Translations under genes and position numbers: made by a program
Shown here: in pieces, positions 8,321-18,800 of the stretch
Layout of the letters: every line of letters begins with the position of its first letter
Position numbering within the stretch: position 1 is the first letter of the stretch
Assembly: GCA_002782865.1 (NCBI GenBank)
Contig: PFJC01000022.1
Span: forward strand, 1-60,029
Source: Candidatus Uhrbacteria bacterium CG_4_10_14_3_um_filter_41_21
Lineage (GTDB): Bacteria; Patescibacteriota; Patescibacteriia; UBA9934
Length of the DNA stretch: 60,029 nt
Reading direction: 5' to 3'
Notes under the pieces: model-generated
The model's database searches: none
What the model was told of the DNA's origin: nothing
Seen by the model: only the letters and a program-made list of their open reading frames with translations

Positions 8321-8557
8321 TTACTTGTGAACAAATGGCAACAGCGCCATTATTCTTGCTCGCTTTATCTCCTGTGACATTTGGCGTTGGTGACTTGAAC
8401 ACATTCCGCTTCGCTTTCTTGGAACTATTCTTGCAAATGAAGAAACATATCGTCGAAGTAAATCTGTATTTTTATAATCAATAACGATGTCTTTATTTAC
8501 GCAAAAGTTGCAGTATCTCTGCTTGGTCTTCTGCCTCATTGATGTAATTTTTGCCAT
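8321..8557 (-). CDS. rpsR: 30S ribosomal protein S18
   Basis: Contains CNFC..IDYKN..LLRRYVS..RIVPRKRSGMCSSHQR..IKRARIMALLPF. Confidence 0.95.
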   Translation of the reverse strand: MAKITSMRQKTKQRYCNFCVNKDIVIDYKNTDLLRRYVSSFARIVPRKRSGMCSSHQRQMSQEIKRARIMALLPFVHK

Positions 8558-8559
8558 AT

Positions 8560-9015
8560 TTAAAATGGTATATCTTCAATCTTTATTTCATCATCAGGTG
8601 AAACTGATGGTTCGTCTTGTCTTGGTTCAGGTTGTGAATATGAATCTCCACCAAAACCCGTTCCTGATCCTGAGCCTGCTTTTCCGCCCAACATCACCAT
8701 ATTTTCAGTGATGATTTCAGTTCGGTAGCGCTTTACCCCGTCTTGCCCTTCCCAATCGCGAGTTTGCAACCGTCCTTCTATAAAAACCTTGTTTCCTTTT
8801 TTTAGATATTGGTTACAGATTTCCGCTAACTTTCCCCAGGCAACAATATTGTGATATTCAACCTGTTCTTGTTTTTCTCCACTTGAAGAATTAGTCCAGG
8901 ACCGATTAGTTGCTACTCCAAATGAGCAAACTGATTGGCCGCTTCCTGTTTGTCTTAGCTCCGGGTCGCGGGTAAGGTTTCCGATAACCATTGCTTTGTT
9001 AAGTGATGAAGCCAT
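8560..9015 (-). CDS. ssb: Single-stranded DNA-binding protein
   Basis: OB-fold N-terminus ([16 protein letters not shown]), a Gly-rich linker and an acidic [11 protein letters not shown] tail. Confidence 0.95.
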   Translation of the reverse strand: MASSLNKAMVIGNLTRDPELRQTGSGQSVCSFGVATNRSWTNSSSGEKQEQVEYHNIVAWGKLAEICNQYLKKGNKVFIEGRLQTRDWEGQDGVKRYRTEIITENMVMLGGKAGSGSGTGFGGDSYSQPEPRQDEPSVSPDDEIKIEDIPF

Positions 9016-9016
9016 A

Positions 9017-9490
9017 TTAAAGGTTGTTTAAATCTGTTTCTAAAATTTGGTCGAGTCTCTTGTCCAAATCTTCAGCTGAAACTGATTTTTCCTCCTGTTG
9101 AACAGGGGCCTTTTCTCGCCTTGGAGCTTTTTTAGCAGTAGCTCGTTTTCCTTCCGGAGTAAGTGGCTCTTGATATGAAGTAAGTTTGAAATGACCGGTT
9201 GGAATTCCGTGAGGTCGCTTCACAATTACATGACGCAAAACCTCTTCTGACAATCGTAGGTCTTGGTCTAATTTTTGCAAAGCAATTTCTTCGCCACTTA
9301 TGTAGTTAAGGACATAAGTGCCGTGACTTACCTTATTAACAGTGTACGCAAATTTGATTTTGCCAAGATTTTGGCTTTGTTCAACCTTTGCGCCGTTAGC
9401 TTCAAAATATTTTGAAACTCTTTCAATTATTCCATCAATCTCAGTATCTGAGTACTTTGATGGAATGATGTACAAAACTTCGTAGATCAT
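9017..9490 (-). CDS. rpsF: 30S ribosomal protein S6 with a basic/acidic C-terminal extension
   Basis: [15 protein letters not shown] matches the S6 N-terminus. Start set at the ATG at 9490 rather than the tracked GTG at 9505. Lies in an rpsF-ssb-rpsR operon. Confidence 0.9.
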   Translation of the reverse strand: MIYEVLYIIPSKYSDTEIDGIIERVSKYFEANGAKVEQSQNLGKIKFAYTVNKVSHGTYVLNYISGEEIALQKLDQDLRLSEEVLRHVIVKRPHGIPTGHFKLTSYQEPLTPEGKRATAKKAPRREKAPVQQEEKSVSAEDLDKRLDQILETDLNNL

Positions 9491-9629
9491 AGGTATACTG
9501 GCCACTTCGATTTTGTGGCAGCCCGTAGGCTATGGACAGTTAATAATTATGTGGAGATATTAGCCTAAAGACCGATTTTGGTCAAGAATTTTATATAAAT
9601 CGACAAAAAGTCAATGGTTGCGTATCATC

Positions 9630-9721
9630 GGGGGAGTAACAAGGGTAATATGGGTAACAAAAATAATATTAAACCCTGTAACCCATTTCACCCCTTTTAT
9701 CCTTATCACCCTTATAACCCC
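9630..9721. repeat. GGGTRA-rich dispersed repeat, inverted pair
   Basis: GGGGGAGTAACAAGGGTAATATGGGTAAC faces its imperfect reverse complement (CCCTGTAACCCATTTCACCCCTTTTATCCTTATCACCCTTATAACCCC). Confidence 0.7.
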
Positions 9722-9723
9722 AT

Positions 9724-10899
9724 ATGCATTTCTCAATCCTTGGAATCCATCCCGAACTATCATGTGCTGAGCTAAAAGCCGTGATTGGTGCCAATCTTTC
9801 TTTTGAATCCAAAGAAACCGCTCTATTTGAGTTTGGTGATGATCTAAATGAACTTCAAAAAACCTTAGGCGGTGCTTCTAAACTTGGCGAAATCCTAGAA
9901 GCAACCAGCGACAGCAAAGATCTGGAATCAATTCTGCTTAAACATCTATTAAACCAGCCGGACGACAAAAAACTCCGTTTTGGAATAAGTGTTTACGACG
10001 CCGGTGGCACATCTTTTTCCAAAAACCTCCGTCGTGAAAATCAAAAACTTGGTCTTGCTCTCAAAAAGAAATTAAAAGAAAAGGGTCGCTCTGTTCGCCT
10101 GGTTACTTCCACTGAGCCAACGCTGTCATCTGTTGTGGTCGCTAAAAATAAACTAACAACAAATGGCATTGAATTCTGCCTGCTTGTAACAGAAACCGAA
10201 ATTTACATTGGTCAAACCAAAACCTATCAGGATTTTGAAAATTGGTCGCATCGCGATTATGACCGTCCGCGCCGTAATGCCAAAAACGGAATGTTGCCAC
10301 CAAAGCTGGCGCGAATGATGGTTAATTTATCAAGCCTCGCCAAGGCTCAACCTCAAAGGCTAAACCTTGAAGGCTTAGGCTTACTCGATCCATTTTGCGG
10401 TTCAGGAACCGTACTAATGGAAGCAGCCATGCTTGGTTATAAAAATCTTATTGGGTCTGATATTTCAAAAATGATTTTAGAAGACGCTAAAGCAAATCTA
10501 GACTGGCTAACAGACCAAGGTATTGAGATGCCAGATTATCAGCTGATTGAAATGAAAGCCGAAAAACTTAAGCTTGAAAATCCAGTTGATATTATTGTTA
10601 CTGAACCATTTTTAGGAACTCCGCGCGAAGGCAAAGAAAGCCAAATCACAGTTGAACGCCAAGTAAAAGACCTGGAAATGCTTTACAATATTTGTTTCTC
10701 AAACCTGGCAAAACTAATGAAGCCGGGCGCGATATTAGTTTTAGCAGCTCCAGTACACAAAATAAAAGAGGAAGAATACCCGCTTGCGATTGAAAACATT
10801 CTAGGTCGCATAAGTCTTTTAAGACTTATGGGGCCGATAAGATATGAGCGCGAGGGTCAATTTGTGGGTCGAGACATTTGGGTTTTTACCAAAAACTAA
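9724..10899 (+). CDS. Class I SAM-dependent methyltransferase (UPF0020/Trm11/RlmL-like, probably RNA)
   Basis: Motif I is LLDPFCGSGTVLMEAAMLG and the motif IV-like segment is IIVTEPFLG. Confidence 0.55.
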   Translation: MHFSILGIHPELSCAELKAVIGANLSFESKETALFEFGDDLNELQKTLGGASKLGEILEATSDSKDLESILLKHLLNQPDDKKLRFGISVYDAGGTSFSKNLRRENQKLGLALKKKLKEKGRSVRLVTSTEPTLSSVVVAKNKLTTNGIEFCLLVTETEIYIGQTKTYQDFENWSHRDYDRPRRNAKNGMLPPKLARMMVNLSSLAKAQPQRLNLEGLGLLDPFCGSGTVLMEAAMLGYKNLIGSDISKMILEDAKANLDWLTDQGIEMPDYQLIEMKAEKLKLENPVDIIVTEPFLGTPREGKESQITVERQVKDLEMLYNICFSNLAKLMKPGAILVLAAPVHKIKEEEYPLAIENILGRISLLRLMGPIRYEREGQFVGRDIWVFTKN

Positions 10900-11978
10900 A
10901 CACCAACTCTAAAGTGACAAACATCTCCGTCTTTCATTATATATTCTTTTCCCTCAACTCTTAGTTTCCCTTTTTCTTTTGCTACCGCCTCACTACCACA
11001 AGCCACAAAATCGTCATAAGCAATCACTTCGGCGCGGATAAAAGCTTTTTCAAAATCAGTGTGAATTTTTCCAGCTGCCTGCGGAGCCTTGTCACCGCGT
11101 TTTACCGTCCAGGCCCTTGTTTCTTTCTCACCTGTTGTAAGAAATGTTACTAACTCAAGCATCTCATAACTTTTGGTAATCATTCTGTCTAGCCCGGACT
11201 GGTTAAATCCAAGCTCACGCAAAAATTCTTTAGCTTCCTCGGCTTCCAATACAGAAAGTTCGGCCTCAATCTTTACCGAAATTGGCATTACAACTCTGTC
11301 TTCACCAAGCGGACTGACCCAGTCTGTTTTTTTAATTGCCTCTTCATCAACATTAACTACATATAAAACCTCCTTAAGAGTAAGCAACTGAACATCAAAA
11401 ACAGTTTCCAGTTCTTTGTCGCTTAACTCCACTGTTGAGGCTAGCTTTCCAGCTCCAAGAGCTGTTTGCCATTTTTTTAATGCTCCAACTTGAATTAGCA
11501 GAAGCTGATCTCGGGTACTGATTGCCCGGCGCTCGATTGATTCTAATCTTTTTTCAACAACTCCTAAATCTGCCATCATCAGTTCTGTTTCAATAACCTC
11601 AACATCACGGAGCGGATCAATATTACCATCAACATGAGCAATATCTGAGTTTTCAAAATCTCGAACGACATGGACGATCATATCTACCTCTCGAATATTT
11701 GAAAGAAATTTATTTCCCAAGCCCTCCCCTTTGTGAGCTCCTTTAACAAGTCCGGCAATATCAACAAACTCAATGGCGGTTGGAATGATTTTTTCAGATT
11801 TTGACATGTCAGCTAACACTGCCAATCTTTCATCCGGAACTTCTACAATTCCAACATTTGGCTCGATTGTACAAAATGGAAAATTAGCGCAGTCTACCTG
11901 TTTTTTGGTAAGCGCAGTAAATAGAGTTGATTTTCCAACATTTGGCAGGCCAACGATTCCAACTTTTAGCATAATCAA
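10896..11978 (-). CDS. ychF: Ribosome-binding ATPase YchF (Obg family)
   Basis: Contains GIVGLPNVGKSTLF, DIAGLVKGA and the C-terminal TGS-like domain. Overlaps the convergent gene by 4 nt. Confidence 0.95.
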   Translation of the reverse strand: MIMLKVGIVGLPNVGKSTLFTALTKKQVDCANFPFCTIEPNVGIVEVPDERLAVLADMSKSEKIIPTAIEFVDIAGLVKGAHKGEGLGNKFLSNIREVDMIVHVVRDFENSDIAHVDGNIDPLRDVEVIETELMMADLGVVEKRLESIERRAISTRDQLLLIQVGALKKWQTALGAGKLASTVELSDKELETVFDVQLLTLKEVLYVVNVDEEAIKKTDWVSPLGEDRVVMPISVKIEAELSVLEAEEAKEFLRELGFNQSGLDRMITKSYEMLELVTFLTTGEKETRAWTVKRGDKAPQAAGKIHTDFEKAFIRAEVIAYDDFVACGSEAVAKEKGKLRVEGKEYIMKDGDVCHFRVGV

Positions 11979-12016
11979 AGGGTGATAGGGGTGAAAAGTG
12001 TTATATGGGTAATAAG
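11978..12016. repeat. GGGTRA-rich dispersed repeat
   Basis: AAGGGTGATAGGGGTGAAAAGTGTTATATGGGTAATAAG. It shares the 13-mer ATGGGTAATAAGA with 53587-53599. Confidence 0.7.
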
Positions 12017-12096
12017 AATTTAAACATATATTACATGTTACACATTTAATTTATGTTTCGTCTGCTACCCTGTTACGCATCAAATACTACGATAAA

Positions 12097-12125
12097 TTGA
12101 CAAAAACCGCAATTTTTTGTAGGAT
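12097..12125 (+). promoter_or_regulatory. Sigma70-type promoter of GC-rich cassette 2
   Basis: TTGACA (12097-12102), 17-nt spacer, TAGGAT (12120-12125). Confidence 0.55.
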
Positions 12126-12219
12126 TCTGTGTCGTTCATTTAAGAAAGCTTGGAGGTTGTTGTCGGTGCTGGACCGTGTCCAACATCTAACATTCAACTT
12201 CCAAAGCCCTGGAGACACC

Positions 12220-13338
12220 ATGTTCTGCTTCATTCTCTTCGCTATCGCCATGTTCTTCAGTTCGGCAAGCGCCAAGACCCACGCGGTCGTGGTTGGCGTG
12301 GACGCGCCGGCGCTCGAAGGAATATCGGCCGTGGCGAGCGCTGCCTACAACTGCGTGCGCGTATCGGAGATCATCAACAACTCGGACAGCGAGGCCCGCG
12401 CCCTCTGCGCGGAAAATGCCAGTCGCAATCAAGTGATGGCCGCTTTTGCCGACGCTGCCAGCCAGGCAAGCGACGGCGAAACTGTATTTTTCGCCTGGTT
12501 CGGTCACGGGTTCGTGATCAAGGAATCGGGAGAAAAGGGCTTTGTGCCTGTGGACTGGGATCCCGAAGATGACACCAGCGCCATTTGGCTGGAGCGGGAC
12601 ATCAAGTCGGTCATGCGCCTGCGACCGACCGTGACGTTCAGGATTATCCTGGACGCCAATCACCGCGCCAACTATCGATGGGAAAAGGCCAGTAAAGAAC
12701 TCGGCTATGTGACCCTGCATGGGCCAACGGCTGAGGACTTCGCCGACCTGGACAATGTGCTGGTGATCTCGGCCGGTAGCGGCGACAATTTCCTGAATCC
12801 GAGCGACTCAAAGTTCGGAACCGCTGTCGTCGCGGCACTCGGTGCGCGCGAAAACGGCGTGCTCACGATCGCCGTTTTCGCGACCAAGCTCGCGAGCGTC
12901 TACCGAGAGGCAGGTGGCAACCCGACAGGTGTAGAAAGCTGGATGGAAAACTCCTCGGCTCTCTTCACCTGGCCGGCCGAGTTTGCGCCCCCGCCCAAGC
13001 AGGCACTCAAGTGGCGCCGGCCGGTAATGTATGCCGGCGCTGGCATGGCCTTGGCTGGATTCGGCGTGTCTAGCGTTGAGTGGCTTCGAACGAAGTCGCT
13101 CCAGCAGCGCCTGATCGACTACGACTACGAGTCAATCAACGGGGAGGACGGCTACTACGACCTCCTCGACCGGCGCGACAACGCCTTTCGGGGGAGTCAA
13201 ATCGGGGCAATCGCAGGCGCAGTCGGCGCAGTCGCCGGTGGAGCCGCCTTCGCGCTGGAATGGCGCGCCGACCATTTCACTAGCCTCGCGCCTATGGCTG
13301 GCGAAGCCAACGGCCTTCTCTTCCTTGGACGGTTCTGA
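12220..13338 (+). CDS. GC-rich cassette 2: secreted, membrane-anchored caspase-like (peptidase C14-like) protein, catalytic Cys apparently replaced
   Basis: A GGAG lies 5 nt before the ATG at 12220. Signal peptide MFCFILFAIAMFFSSASA. Contains HAVVVGVD and the His motif VFFAWFGHGF, but ILDANH where caspase-fold enzymes have D-x-C-H. Gly/Ala-rich C-terminal TM segments. Strong GC3. Confidence 0.55.
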   Translation: MFCFILFAIAMFFSSASAKTHAVVVGVDAPALEGISAVASAAYNCVRVSEIINNSDSEARALCAENASRNQVMAAFADAASQASDGETVFFAWFGHGFVIKESGEKGFVPVDWDPEDDTSAIWLERDIKSVMRLRPTVTFRIILDANHRANYRWEKASKELGYVTLHGPTAEDFADLDNVLVISAGSGDNFLNPSDSKFGTAVVAALGARENGVLTIAVFATKLASVYREAGGNPTGVESWMENSSALFTWPAEFAPPPKQALKWRRPVMYAGAGMALAGFGVSSVEWLRTKSLQQRLIDYDYESINGEDGYYDLLDRRDNAFRGSQIGAIAGAVGAVAGGAAFALEWRADHFTSLAPMAGEANGLLFLGRF

Positions 13339-13355
13339 ACCGTCTGCGTGCCAAA

Positions 13356-13391
13356 GCGGCGCAACCTCTCGGTTGCGCCGCATCTTTTTTT
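13356..13391 (+). terminator. GC-rich intrinsic terminator of cassette 2
   Basis: GCGGCGCAACC-TCTC-GGTTGCGCCGC hairpin followed by ATCTTTTTTT. Confidence 0.85.
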
Positions 13392-13420
13392 CAGAATATG
13401 TCTCGTAAAACATTTAATTC

Positions 13421-15793
13421 TTATAATGGAATCTCCTGCTCCTCGCCCTCCAGCGGCTCGGGAACTTCTTCTTCAACCAATCCAGCCTGTAATCTTTCCA
13501 GTCTTTGAACTACAAGCGTATTTTCAGAATCACTTTCTAAAATCAATTTAATTTGTTCAATCGCTGCCTCTATATCTCCGTCCTGTTCATAAACAGCTGC
13601 CAAATACCATCTGGCATTGGCAAAATTTGGCGCCAGCTCAATTGCATTTTCAAACTCCTGTCTTGCTAAATCAGTTTTTCCCTGTTGCAAATATAAAATT
13701 CCAAGTTGCAGACTCACGCCAACATCGTATGGACTAGCAATGCTTACCGCCTCCATTCTTGAAATCGCTTCTGCTAAATTACCTTGCCTTTCATAAGCCA
13801 ACGCCAAATAATAATGCGCCGGGGTATAATCTGATTTTAAACTAATTGCCTTGCTTAAAGATGTAACTGCAATCTGAAGCGAAAGCTCATATTCTTTTTG
13901 AGTATTAGCATTAAACTCTTCGTCTTCACTAGCCATTAAAACACTTAGTTGATCTGCCCGGGCGATGTAAGCCCGCGCTAGGGCAACTTGATATTTTGGA
14001 TTTGTAGGCGCCAGCTCGACTGCTTTTTCATAAGATGAGATTGAAAACTGATCTGCTCCTGAAATAAGTGGCGAAAATTCTCGGTAAATATCTCCAAGCA
14101 ACGCCCAATTTACAACATTGGCCGGTGACAGACTGACCGCTCTGGCCGCTTCATCAATGCTGGCTGAAATAAAGGCCGAAACATATTCTGGGTCTGAATT
14201 CTCATCTTTCAGTAACTCTGCTGTTTTCATTAAATATGCGTTGGCAAGATTGCGGGCGTAAACATCGCTGAGGCGATTTAATTTTGCAGCTGATTCAAGA
14301 TCATACAAAACTATGTCCAAATCTTCACCTGATTGATCTGCCGCAACTGCCTTGGCAAATGTAATCTCGGCGGCATACCTAGACGCTGTTACAAATATTA
14401 GCGTGAGCATGCAGATATTTACCAGCACAAACGCAAAAACTGTAATAAGCCCGGCCTTTGGAGAATTTCCAAAAATAAATGTTTTCGCTTTTGTTCCAAT
14501 TTGACTGACCAATATTGCCGATAGTAACCAAAACATGAAAGACAAAGTGATGTTTGATGAATAAATAAATAGACTAAGTGTAATCATTGACCAGCCGGCA
14601 AATGTTACAAAAGTCATTTTCCATTCATCGTGAGCCTGGTCTTTAATGAGCATCGAAAGTGAAGACAAGGCAAGAATTACAAGAAAAATCACAAATAAAC
14701 CGGCGCCAACAATTCCCGTTGTAGTGAGCATTGTCATTATCTGACTACCGGAACGATCAAAACGGATATCCCAAAGCTCGGTATAATTGATGCTTTCTAA
14801 ACTATGCTTGGCATAATCCATCATAAATGTCCCGGGACCTGATCCAAAAAGAAATGACGAATCCTGAAGCGCATCACCGGCAATTCTCCAGCTGGCAGAA
14901 TATGAAGGGGCCACTTCTCCAGGATAAATTCCAGAAATAAAAGTTGGTAAAAACAAAAATAGTAAAGAAATAACGAACAAAGTCATTGGCAGAACAAATT
15001 TTGAAGTATGAGGAAATTCATTGGCTTTTGTTAGGGCAAAGACAAGTAAAACTGAAATACCAAGCATCAGTACTACCCAAACAACCCAATAATCAATTGC
15101 AACTGATATAACTATAGCTGATAAAATCGACAGAACTATTGCCACTTTAACCAATACCCCAAACCAACCATGTTTAAACATCTGTGATTCATTACCGTCT
15201 TTTGTTACTAAAAACAAACCGCAACCGATAACTGACATGACAGAAAGATAGATTGCCAATGCACTTGGTGCCCCAACTAAATTTGTAGATATAATATTCA
15301 AACCAACAATCTCAAGCATTGCGAGCAATCCAACAAGACCTGAGGAAAGCAGACTGACTGACCAGACAATTCTTTGTGCTTTAGTTTCGCCAAGCAAATT
15401 TGAGCTAACTAAAAAGAACAAAAAGAATGCTAGTGCTGTGACAAAACTGGAATATTCCTGACCGGACTGACCAATCCAGCTAGTATAAGGTGAGAGTGAG
15501 GTGAACGACGAAATCATTACGGCAATTAAAAATAACCCGCCTACAAAATAGGTTGGACTTTTTTTAATCTCTACTGTTTTTCGGGCAACCATAGATCCCA
15601 ACCAAGCAATCACAGCCAGCGATACACAAAAAAGCAAAGTTGTTTGCTTATTGATTTCCAAACCATCTATTGTCCAAGGAAAATAAACTAATGGAAAAAG
15701 TCCAATGGTAATATATAAAAATACACGCGCAATTATTTCGTAAACACGCGCTACGTCGCCAAAGCGACGTTTATTTGGTGTGCAGTCTGTCAT
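13421..15793 (-). CDS. Polytopic membrane protein, O-antigen-ligase/Wzy_C-like N-terminal region + C-terminal TPR repeats
   Basis: 790 aa with about 12 hydrophobic segments. These are followed by repeated A..Y..A......P....A...LA..Y 34-residue TPR-like units. Confidence 0.65.
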   Translation of the reverse strand: MTDCTPNKRRFGDVARVYEIIARVFLYITIGLFPLVYFPWTIDGLEINKQTTLLFCVSLAVIAWLGSMVARKTVEIKKSPTYFVGGLFLIAVMISSFTSLSPYTSWIGQSGQEYSSFVTALAFFLFFLVSSNLLGETKAQRIVWSVSLLSSGLVGLLAMLEIVGLNIISTNLVGAPSALAIYLSVMSVIGCGLFLVTKDGNESQMFKHGWFGVLVKVAIVLSILSAIVISVAIDYWVVWVVLMLGISVLLVFALTKANEFPHTSKFVLPMTLFVISLLFLFLPTFISGIYPGEVAPSYSASWRIAGDALQDSSFLFGSGPGTFMMDYAKHSLESINYTELWDIRFDRSGSQIMTMLTTTGIVGAGLFVIFLVILALSSLSMLIKDQAHDEWKMTFVTFAGWSMITLSLFIYSSNITLSFMFWLLSAILVSQIGTKAKTFIFGNSPKAGLITVFAFVLVNICMLTLIFVTASRYAAEITFAKAVAADQSGEDLDIVLYDLESAAKLNRLSDVYARNLANAYLMKTAELLKDENSDPEYVSAFISASIDEAARAVSLSPANVVNWALLGDIYREFSPLISGADQFSISSYEKAVELAPTNPKYQVALARAYIARADQLSVLMASEDEEFNANTQKEYELSLQIAVTSLSKAISLKSDYTPAHYYLALAYERQGNLAEAISRMEAVSIASPYDVGVSLQLGILYLQQGKTDLARQEFENAIELAPNFANARWYLAAVYEQDGDIEAAIEQIKLILESDSENTLVVQRLERLQAGLVEEEVPEPLEGEEQEIPL

Positions 15794-15800
15794 AACAGCT

Positions 15801-18800
15801 CTATTCTACCACAATATCGATAGGCTCGGCTGTTGACACTACTTCTTCAACTGGAGTATCGGTTGTTAATTCCGGGTCAGCGCTCTCCACCAAGGCTGGC
15901 GTCTCTACTGCCTCTTCCACAATCGCCGGTTCCTCAATAATTTCTTCTTCAATTACTGTCTCTGCTTCTGTGACGACTTCTTCGACTATATCACTAATTG
16001 GCCCCGCAACTTCCTCCGCATCTGTCGATTCATCTACTATTTCTTCTTCGTTAACATCAATGTCATCAATAACTTCCTCGACTTCAACATCAACATCTTC
16101 TGGTACATCTTCCTCTACTTCTTCAGGTTCGAAATCTTTATGATAAGCAATCACCATCCAGTCGACAGTTGCCATGGAACTACCACCGTTTTCCTTAATT
16201 TGGAATCCAGAAGTTGATCTATTAACAGCATAAAGTGTATTGGTTGGCGCGTCAGCTGTTAGAAATACCTTGTAAGGCTGAGTGTTTGAAATAATATCGT
16301 TAAACTTCGGATCAATATCTTCAAACTTAATTGAAGCCGATCCTTGTTTTAGCTCAACTGTTCCAGTTAATTGGATGGTGACATTTCTAGAAAGTGCCGC
16401 ATATGTTTCAACATCCTCTCCTTGATATGACTTAACTAAATGTACAAATTGTCCTTTTGTTGAAAACTGACCGTCTTCGGAAATCTTCCAGTTACTTCCG
16501 ATACCAACCAACGATCCGATCGAAGCAATAGAGTCTCCATTTAAATTGACCGATCCTGACAAATCTAATTTAGAAACAGATGTAAATCCGGAAGCGGAAT
16601 TATCTACGCCAGGTGCGTCAGCGATATCACCGCCATCGTAATATGAAGGGCGGATAAACACAGTAATGGCTCCGGTATTACCACTAAATGATTCCATGGC
16701 ATAACCAACAATTGGCCCGGCCGCCGTTGCTTTCATGGCATATCCTGGTTTTGCTGAAGTTGTAAGAGGATCGCCAACTTTAATTTCTCCGTTTTCACCA
16801 GATACATAAGTTGGCACTCGACCGGCAAGCGCAATTGGCACATGACCGGGCAAATTTTCACCAGCTAAAAATCCTGGCTGAGTTGAAACAACACCGGCGA
16901 TTTTGTCATCATAAGTCTTACTAGTTGATCTTTGAACACTTTCATCATCGCTTGCAAAAATCACAACTTCACCAGCTGATAGAGTTTGCGTTGATGGGAA
17001 CATTTCAGCAAAGTCATAAGAACCCGCTCCCCAACCGGAAGCATTGGTGCGCATAAAATCACCTCCTGCACCCGATGATCCATCGTAATAAATATATTTA
17101 TCAGTCTGCAGTGTTCCGCGGTCAGATGGATATAATCGACCTGCGATCGCGAAATTGCCTTCACTACTTATATAAGCTACCTCTGTACCGTCATCATTTG
17201 AAACTGAAAGACCGTAATCTGCGCTATCACTTACCTTTGTGATAATGGACATATCAATGTCACTTACAGTCGCGCCGTTCCAACCGGAACCCCGCAGAAT
17301 AAATTCATTTGAGTTCTGACCGGTTGTGCTGGCAGTCGCGGTTCCCGATGATGTTAATTTAAGATTACTGTTAACTGAAGTTGCTGTACCATCTTCTTCT
17401 AAAATGTCAGCCGCAATCCAATTTGGATTAACTAAAACCTGAATAGTACCCGTTCCTGAGGTATGAGCTTCAAGAGCCTGACCAATCACATGACCAACGC
17501 CGGTAGCGCGTCTGCCAACGCCAGGCGTCGAGGAAAGTGTAATGTAATCGCCAACCGCAATAGCTCCGCTTGAATCATTTATATTAACCTGAACTTGTCC
17601 TAAAAGAGCAACCGGAACATATATTCCAGCCGATTCCCAACCATCTACCCAGTTACCAAGTGTGTTTGCCTTTGTAGAAAAAGCGCCAATCATGTCTGCG
17701 TCGTCAGTAGCCAGAATAATATTACCAGTGGCATCAAGGGCTAAAATATCGCCTTCGTCAAAATCGGAATAGACACCGGGGAACAGCTCAGCGTAGTCGC
17801 TACCGGGTGAAGCAAAGACAACACCGCCACCGTTTCCTTCTACAACTCCAAGCGAGTCGCCGTCGCCATCTTTGAATATTAAATAGTTACAGGCTCCGGT
17901 CGGTGAAACGTCGACACAGGCCTGGATGGAAATTCCCATGTTAGTATCAGCATTTCCATCATTATAAAAAGCAGCAATGTAGTCTGTAGTGCTTGTACCA
18001 TGAACATCAAGCGCCGTGCCATCACCAACTTGATCGATGTAAAGTGACTTCCCCGTTCCGTCGTGGTTAAGATAAAGAAGATTTCCATTTGACCCAGTGT
18101 CATCCAATGTGAAGTTTACCAGCCCCTGCAATCCTGTGAAATCAGTGCCCGAGTTGGCACGCCTTATCATAAGTCCGGCACCGGTTATTAAATTACCGGT
18201 ATCTAATTTAATAACGGCATCGGTGGTTTGATTATTACCTGCAATCTCTAACTGATCATAAACATACAGGTCTCCCGGTCCATCTACCAGTAATGCTGTG
18301 CTTGGGGCAATGCTATTATCGACAAAAACCTGGGCTCCATAAAAATAACCGGAATAATTCGTCGTTCCACCTGACGCGCCCGACCTTACGCCATAACGAG
18401 TAGTGCCCTCGAAAGTATTAATGAAATCGCCAGCATAACTGGTTGTAATCGCGCCAGAGCTAGATAATATTTGGGCGGAAATTCCATATGCCGCAGTCAT
18501 TGTACCGTCATCCGGAATTACCTGAGCTAACATTCCGTAGGCGGCCGGTACGGTTACGCCTGCGCCAGAATTTTTAGCTGAGCCATAAACACCCACAGCT
18601 TTAATACCAATAGCGTTGACAGAAGTACTCTGGCTTGTTGCGGTTCCATAAAGACCATACAAATTACTCAACTCACCACTTGTGGAGTTTTGAGCCTCAC
18701 CGGTAATTGCGATCAAATCTTGATCATAGCCCACAGTTTCAGTTGAATCATTGAATACATCAACATTAAGTCCAAGAAAACCATAAACACCGGTCCCTCC

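Noticed and set aside
8143-8377. 63- and 69-aa ORFs in the epmA-rpsR spacer
   Set aside because: They lie in AT-rich low-complexity palindromic sequence. They are Phe/Leu/Ile/Asn/Lys-rich and overlap each other on opposite strands.
12150-13413. Multiple overlapping ORFs (12150-12572, 12187-12720, 12644-12838, 12705-12887, 13080-13283, 13132-13413)
   Set aside because: These are out-of-frame or antisense shadows of the GC-rich caspase-like gene. They are Arg/Gly/Pro-rich and have no start signals.
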